Assembly: GCF_009914755.1 (NCBI RefSeq)
Contig: NC_060943.1
Reading direction: 5' to 3' (one strand)
Length of the DNA: 64,000 bases
From: the human T2T-CHM13v2.0 reference genome, Homo sapiens
The notes below the pieces were generated by a model that worked only from the letters and a program-made list of their open reading frames with translations, ran no database searches and had not been told where the DNA came from. Positions within the stretch are counted from its first letter, which is position 1; each line of letters begins with the position of its first letter. Of the stretch, positions 28,890 to 64,000 are shown piece by piece. A program made the translations under genes and the position numbers.

Positions 28890-29504
28890 TGACCGCAGGT
28901 TATCCGCCCGCCTCGGCCTTCCAAAGTGCTGGGATTACAGGCATGAGCCACCGCGCCCAGCCACTTACTTGTTTCTTGTGTATCTTTCTGGGAAAAGTTC
29001 ATGTATATACAAAAGCAAACAACACACACATACACGACCAACAACAACAAGAGCACCCCCCAAAACATGCCCAGCCTTTCCCAGTAATAAAAGGATAATT
29101 TGTTCCTGGCCAGGTGTGGTGGCTCACACCTGAAATCCCAACATTTTGGGAGGCTGAGACAAGAGGACCACTGAAGCCCAGGAATTGGAGACCAGCCTAG
29201 GAAACACAGTGAGATCCCTTCTCAACAAAAATAAAAATAAAAAAATTAGCTGGGCGTGGTGGCCCATGCCTGTGGTCCCAGCTACTGGGAAAGGCTGAGG
29301 TGAGGGAATCACTTGGGCCTGAGAGGCAGAGGTTGCAGTGAGCCAGGATTGCACCACTGCACTCCACCCTGGGTGACAGAATGTGACCCTGTCTCAAAAA
29401 TAAAAAATAAGGCCGGGTGCGGTGGCTCACGCCTGTACTCCCAGCACTTTGGGAGGCCGAGGCAGGCGGATCACGAGGTCAAGAGATCGAGACCATCCTG
29501 GCTA

Positions 29505-29753
<249 letters not shown>

Positions 29754-32031
29754 TCAGCTACATGAATGCGTGGAGTTTTTCAGTATTGTTCCCTGCTGAT
29801 CTCCAGTGTCTGGAACAGTGCCTGACACACAGTAGGTGCTCAGGAAATATATTTCAGTTCGTAATGATGGGAAATGTCAAACACACAAAAACACAGCAAG
29901 TAGAATAATGAACCCCCTGTACCTATCACCGAGCCTCAGCAAACTTGCCTCATCTATACCCCACCCACCTTTTCCCCTCAATGGATTTTTAAATCAAAGC
30001 CAAGGCATCATCATATCCTTTCATCCATGAATACTTCAAATTCTATCTCTAAGAGACAACTCCATATCACACCTAAACAATTAACATGAATTCCTTAATA
30101 CAACTAAATATCCAGTCAGGGTTCAATACCCATTTTTTTCCATTGGGTCATATAATATTTTTTGTTTGTTCAAAACATAAATATATTATTTGATTACTTG
30201 TTCAAATCAGTATCAATAAATACTGTTCCAGGCATAGTGGCACATCACGATAGTCCCAGCCACTCAGGAGGCTGAGGCAGGAGGACTTCTTTTTTTTTTG
30301 AGACAGGGTTTTGCTCTGTTCCCCAGGCTGGAGTTCAGTGGTGTGATCATAGCTCACTGTAGCCTTGATGTCCAGGCTCAAGTGATCTTCCCACCTCGGC
30401 CTCCCTAGTAACTTGGACCACAGGTGCACATCACCATACCTAGCTAATTTTTTTATTTTTATTTTTGTAGAGATGGGGGTCTCACTATGTTGCCCAAGCT
30501 GGTCTTAAACTCCCAGGCTCCAGTGATCCTCCTGTCTCGGCCTCCCGAAGTGCTGAGATTACAGGCGTGAGCCACTGTGCCTGGTCAAATGTGACTACTA
30601 CTTTTTTTTTTTTTTTTTTTTTTAGACAGTCTCACTCCATTACCCAGGCTGGAGCACAGTGTTTCGATCTTGGCTCACTGCAATCTCTGCCTCCTGGGTC
30701 AAGCAATTCTTGTGCTTTAGCATCCTGAGTAGCTGGAATTACAGGTGTGTGTCACCACACTCGGCTAATTTTTGGATTTTTAGTAGAGACAGGGTTTCGC
30801 CATGTTGGCTGGCTGGTCTCGAACTCCTGACCTCAGGTGATCTGCCTGGCTCAGCCTCCCAAAGTGCTGGGATTAGTGGTGTGAGCCACCGCATCTGGCC
30901 CAAATGCGATTTCTTGAAGCTCTCCCTTACCTCAAAGAACAGAGTCTGGCTCTTCCATTCTGACAGTAAGCACAGGTCTATCATTGCCTTCAGTTGCCTT
31001 CAGGACCACTGGGGTCTGTTGCAGTCACTTTAGGGGATTGAGTCTTTGGCCACCTCTCAGAGTCCTTGAACAGTCTCAGCCAGCTGCTTAGGTTGAATGA
31101 TCAAAGCAGCAAGTCCTGGCTTCACTGAACCAAAAATGTCCCTTCCAGAATTGGAAGCTGTTCTGGTGTTTTCTGCACAAAAGTGTAAACATAGATTCAA
31201 GTTCCAGTGCTTTCTGCATCCAACAGAATTCCATAGAAGGCCCTGGCTCTGACCTCGATGGAATGCATGGAAGACAGGAAGATACTCTTAAACCCAGCCT
31301 GCTGCAAACACAGGTTACTTCCAGCACGAAAAAGTTACACCCGAGGAGGTGGCCATTCTCTTCTCAAGAGGTGGTGAGTCTAGGCCCTTCTTGCAGAAGC
31401 AGAGCTGCACATACACATCTTTTTTTTTTTTTTTTTTTTTAAGACACGGTCTTGGTCTGTTGCCCAGGCTGGAGTGCAGTGGTGCAATCTCAGCCTTCTG
31501 GTTTCAAGCAGTCCTCCCGCCTCAGCCTCCTGAGTAGCTGGGACTACGGGTGCATGCCAGCACGTCTGGCTAATTTTTGTATTTTTTGTAGAGATGAGGT
31601 TTTGCCGTGTTGCGTATGCTGGTCTTGAACTCCTGGGCTCAAGCTATCTGCCTGCCTCAGCCTCCCAAAGTGCTGGGATTACAGACGTAAGCCATCATGC
31701 CCGGCCAAATTCCTTATCCTTATCTCTTTCTCTCTCTTTTTCTTTTTCTTTTTTTCTTTTTTGTTTGTTAAGACAGGGTTTCACTCTGTTGCCCAGGTTG
31801 GAGTACAAGAGGCAGGATCACAGCTCACAGCAGCTTCGAACTCCTGGGCTCAAGTGATCCTCCCTCCTCAGCATCCTGAGTAGCTGGGACTATAGGTGTG
31901 CCACTACACCTGGCCAATTTTTAAATTTTTTGGAGATAGTGTCTTGCTGTGTTGCCCAGGTTGGTTTTAACTCCTGGCCTCAAGCGATCCTTTCACTGGC
32001 CCCTCCCAAAGTGTTGGGATTATAGGAATGA

Positions 32032-32229
<198 letters not shown>

Positions 32230-32869
32230 TAGTAGAGACAGGGTTTTACCATGTTGGCCAGGCTGATCTTGAACTCCTGACCTCAGGTGATCTGCCCACC
32301 TTGGCCTCCCAAAGTGCTGGGATTACAGGTGTGAGTCACCGCACCCGGCCCCTTCTCTTTTAAAGTAGAAAAAAAAAAGCCACCCACCAGAGACATAAAT
32401 GGCAATGCATGCATCAGGCATGGTGCTAGGAACTTTATACACATGTAATCCTTTCAAAAATAGCTCTTTTAAGTAAGAAAAATATGACCCCTCCCCATAT
32501 TAAATGAACAAGGGATATGAACATACAAGTAATTTATTCAATTAACAAATATTTATTGAGCACCTACTATATTTTAGGCACTGTGCTAAAATCAATTCCA
32601 ATGGTCAACAAATATGTGAACAAATGGTAATCATTATTGAAGGAATGCAAATGTACAAAAAGTGACTTTTCCATTTTTCACCTATTCAATGGTCTATATT
32701 CAAAATAAATGATTCTCCAGGATTGGATGAGCGTGGCTTTGGGATCTCTTCTACTGTAGGTAGATGTACAGCTGCATAATCTTCCTGAAGGCACTTGAGC
32801 AATGTCTATAGAATGGCTTAAAATGCATACATATCTTAAAAATGGCCAACCAGGAGCAGGAAGCACTCC

Positions 32870-35370
<2,501 letters not shown>

Positions 35371-35738
35371 TTTTTTTGAGACGGAATCGCGCTCTGTTGC
35401 TAATTTTTTGTATTTTTAGTAGAGATGAGGTTTCACCATGTTGGCCAGGATGGTCTTTATCTCTTGACCTCGTGATCCCCCTGCCTCAGCCTCCCAAAGT
35501 GCTGGGATTAGGGATTACAGGTGTGAGCCGCTGCGCCCAGCCAAAAATTTACATTTTTATCTAGCATTTCCACTTCTAGGAATTTACCTTAAAGATATAT
35601 TACACATGTACAAAATAATTTACGTGCAAGGGAAATATTATGGGATTGTTTGAAAGAACAAAAAATAATGGAAAGTCCAGGCACGGTGGCTCATGCCTGT
35701 AATCCCAGCACTTTTGAGAGGCCAAGGTGGGTGGGTCA

Positions 35739-36341
<603 letters not shown>

Positions 36342-36740
36342 CTATATATGTACCAATATGGTCTAATCTTCAAGATGTATGCATAAGCAAAAATACCAAT
36401 GTGTTGAAATTTGCTATCACTTGTGTAAAATATTTTTATAAAGAGTACATTATGCTTATGCAAATATTAATAATTATTATTCAGATGGAGTCTCCACTCT
36501 GTCACCCAGACTGGAGTGCAGTGGCAGGATATCGGCTCACTGCAGCCTCTGCCTCCTGGGTTCAAGTGATTCTTGTGCCTCAGCCTCCAAGTAGCTAGGA
36601 CTACAGACATGAGCCACCACACCCGGCTAATTTTTGTATTTTTTAGTTGAGACAAGGTTTCACCATGTTGGCCAGGCTGGTCTCCCTGACCTCACGTGAT
36701 CTGTTTTCCCTGGCCTCCCAAAGTGCTGGGATTACATGCT

Positions 36741-36878
36741 TATGCAAATTAAAAATCACCAACTATATACAAGAACTTGGTGTTAGTGATTGTTCCATAA
36801 AAGGTAATGTATGCAAATTAAAAATCACCAACTATATACAAGAACTTGGTGTTAGTGATTGTTCCATAAAAGGTAATG
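36741..36878 (+). repeat. Perfect 69-bp tandem duplication (2 copies)
   Basis: 36741-36809 is identical to 36810-36878. Confidence 0.95.
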
Positions 36879-37005
36879 GGGTGGGAAAGGCATAGAGCTA
36901 TTTTATGAAGATTCACTTATGTCTGCATACCATGTTGTAACTTTAGGCCAGGAAGTGGCTCACACCTTAATCCCAGCACTTTGGGAGGCTGAGGTGGGCA
37001 GATCA

Positions 37006-37215
<210 letters not shown>

Positions 37216-37994
37216 TCAAAAAACAAACAAAACAAAAAAACCCAACAACAACAAATTGTAACTTTAACAATTTTATCCTATGACTGTGCTTTAACTATTC
37301 AGAGTGACAAATTTTTTTTTTTTGAGACAGGGTCTCACTCTGTCGCCCAGACTGTTGTGCAGTGGCACGATCCCGGCTCACTGTGGCCTCCGCCTCCCAG
37401 GTTCCAGTGATTCTCCTGTCTGAGCCTCCCAGGTAGCTGGGATTACAGACACGCACTACCATGGCTAGCTAATTTTTGTATTTTTAGTAGAGACGGGGTT
37501 TCACCATGTTGGCCAGGCTGGTCTCGAACTTCTAACCTCAGGTGATCTGCCCACCTCGGCCTCCCAAAGTGCTAGGATTACAGGAATCCTACGAATCAAT
37601 TTTGATATTTTTATAAAAATCCATTCTCTCCAGATTTTAAAACAGAAAAAAGTCATGCATAGTAAGCTATTTTTAAAAAATCTTTACCCCCTTTCTCATT
37701 CATAATATTTTTTCCTTAGATCACACTTGTAAATAGTCTTATTGTATTGTTAAACAAACAACCTTCAGATGAAATCTGTTTTTCCATTCTGTTTTCATTT
37801 TTAATAATTAATCTTACTGCTGACTTTGGTTTATATTGTAATTTTTTCCTAACTTTGAGAGTTGACTACTCATTCATTCAACATGTTTAGTATGTGACTG
37901 GCAGTGATGAGGTGCTGGGGATCTACACATGGAGCACAAAGCCACTAGCTTCAATTCTCAGGTTCTGATGGGAGTACAGCTTTGGCTATGCTAA

Positions 37995-38232
<238 letters not shown>

Positions 38233-38479
38233 TGAAGTGATCCGCCTGCCTCGGCCTCCCAAAGTGCTGGGATTACAGGTGTGAGCCACCTTACCCGGCC
38301 ACTCTTCTGTTAATTTCTAATCTTCTGAATTTCTAACCTTTTGATTGAAGGCCTCATAATAATTATGCTTTCCCACTATTTTTCAGAATAAATGATCATA
38401 ACAACTGGTTATGAAGACTTTTGGATATGTGATGTATTCATAAGGCTCTCCTCTCACATGAACTCCTTATCAGTGATAC

Positions 38480-38985
<506 letters not shown>

Positions 38986-38987
38986 GA

Positions 38988-39191
<204 letters not shown>

Positions 39192-39474
39192 TAGGCCCAG
39201 CTAATTTTTTCATAGTTTTTAGTTGAGACAGGTTTCACTGTGTTAGCCAGGATGGTCTCGATCTCCTGACCTTGTGATCCGCCCGCCTCGGCCTCCCAGA
39301 GTGCTGGGATTACAGGCGTGAGCCACTATGCCCAGCCAGAACCTTTTTTTTTTTTTTTTTTTTTGAGACAGAGTTTTGTCCTTGTCAACGAGGCTGGAAT
39401 GCAATGGTGGGATCTCGGCTTGCTGCAACCTCTGCCTCCTGGGGTCAAACGGTTTTCCTGCCTCAGCCTCCTGA

Positions 39475-39678
<204 letters not shown>

Positions 39679-39802
39679 TAGGAATTGTCAGAAATTTAAC
39701 ATATTTTGAATGGCAAGAAGCAGCTTTTCTATATTCATTTTTTTTTAGCATAGATTATCTGATGCTTAGGAAACAGTGAGTGAGGCAAAAAGAATTCCCA
39801 CA

Positions 39803-39808
39803 TTTATT
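39803..39808 (-). terminator. Candidate ZNF565 polyadenylation signal
   Basis: First AATAAA on the - strand after the stop (about 155 nt downstream). Confidence 0.5.
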
Positions 39809-39961
39809 TAATTTTCTTTGGGTGTGAGTTTTCTGATGTTCTATGATGGAAGTGACAGGTGTTTTCTGACATTAATTACACTACATTAAAAATTACCTAG
39901 TACTGAGCCAGATGTGAACTCCACATAAAGGCTTATCTTTATCCCTTACACTCAAGGCTTT

Positions 39962-62380
<22,419 letters not shown>

Positions 62381-62389
<9 letters not shown>

Positions 62390-62454
62390 GGCTTTTAGAA
62401 CTATTTGACCTGCTCTGATTTCTCTGGATTCTTCTCTTGGACAAGTGCAGAGTC
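62381..62454 (-). CDS. ZNF565: ZNF565 start-codon exon (74 nt); ATG at 62387-62389 in a GCCATGG context; the whole exon is open in frame (GLCTCPREESREIRAGQIVLKAMAQ)
   Basis: ttttcag|GA CTC TGC...GCC ATG GCC CAG|gtatg; the upstream exon lies outside the window. Confidence 0.85.
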
Positions 62455-62616
62455 CTGAAAAAGCAAAATGGGGGGAGATGGGGTAACCTCTGATAAACTG
62501 AGCTTGCCTCAGCACTCCCAAATAGATGAGCTTAAAAGAATTGTACTTCCAATGTCTCGGATCTGCTTCTCCCACCTCTCCATGTCCTACCACACAAGAA
62601 CTAACATTAAGAACTA

Positions 62617-62826
<210 letters not shown>

Positions 62827-63434
62827 TTAAGAAAACCCAGTCCCTTCCTAAAAAGTAAGGAACCCAAAAGCAGAAAGATGGTTTCAAGGCAGATGTGCTC
62901 CAGCACTGACACAGAACCCAGGCACCACCAAGGGAGGGATTACAGCTGACACAGTCCCCCATCTTAGTGATGCTAAACTTGGCCCTAGATGGGGCCTAGA
63001 AGGCTCCCACCTGCTCCAAATTACAGCAAGGATCTTACGACTCAGACTCACTCACTTGACCCCTAAGGATGAGGACAGCACCATCAGGCTAGGAACACAG
63101 ACCATCTATGCAGGCCAAATCTTGAGTAAAAGACATCCCTAAACGAAGTCTTCTAGCTTCTCTGGGCTCAACAGGCAAAACCTCCTGGGCATCTCACTGG
63201 CTCCACTTCCTCCTTCCAAGTCCAAAATGGGACTACACCATGCATACCATAGGCTCTGTCAATGTCTCCAGCCCCAGCTATACTCACCAGACAGGAGCAA
63301 GAAAGCCTCAGTAATACAGGCATCTTGCTTGCATACCCGCACATCCAGAGTACTGCCCTCCATGGGAACTCAATTTCTAGAAGTCTCTTGGCCCAGCACT
63401 CTTTATTTCTCATCTGAGCCCTCCCTACTGCTTT

Positions 63435-63861
<427 letters not shown>

Positions 63862-64000
63862 CTACTGCTTTTCTGCAGAACATCACTTCCCCATTGACTG
63901 TGAGGCTGGCAGTTGCTGAGTCCGAAGTCCTGTGAATGGTATACATCTCAAGGGAATGAGAAATCAGAGTTTTAAGGAGGGTTCTTTTTTTCCTTTTGAG

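Noticed and set aside
36647-36895. ORF with the repeated peptide CKLKITNYIQELGVSDCSIKGN, or a CRISPR-like repeat
   Set aside because: Just the 69-bp (23-codon) tandem duplication read from an Alu; two adjacent copies without spacers in eukaryotic DNA.

Overview
Human (primate) genomic DNA, recognisable as the CAPNS1 - COX7A1 - ZNF565 neighbourhood (19q13.1). Roughly half of the window is Alu. Genes: (1) the last nine coding exons of CAPNS1 on the + strand (116-7657), one intron of which is U12-type; (2) the complete 4-exon COX7A1 on the - strand (8800-10226), tail-to-tail with CAPNS1, with a CpG-rich promoter region and a MEF2 site; (3) the coding exons of the KRAB zinc-finger gene ZNF565 on the - strand (39962-62389, 499 aa from the ATG seen here, 12 C2H2 fingers). 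Between COX7A1 and ZNF565 lie a two-LTR, internally deleted HERV-H provirus (13300-18848, TSD GTTTA, His PBS) pointing at COX7A1, an Alu-fragmented ERV-L pol, a strong CTCF motif and two non-repeat islands that read like a decayed hAT transposase. Other points of note: fossil zinc fingers downstream of the ZNF565 stop, a perfect 69-bp tandem duplication that multiplies an octamer motif, stop-free retained-intron frames in CAPNS1 and COX7A1, fused inverted Alus and a Y1 RNA retrocopy. No CRISPR array, tRNA or rRNA was seen, and almost all ORFs in the supplied track are Alu or antisense artefacts. I could not demonstrate a new biological system; the findings are hypotheses to test. Repeat subfamily names are from recall of consensus sequences, not from a search.
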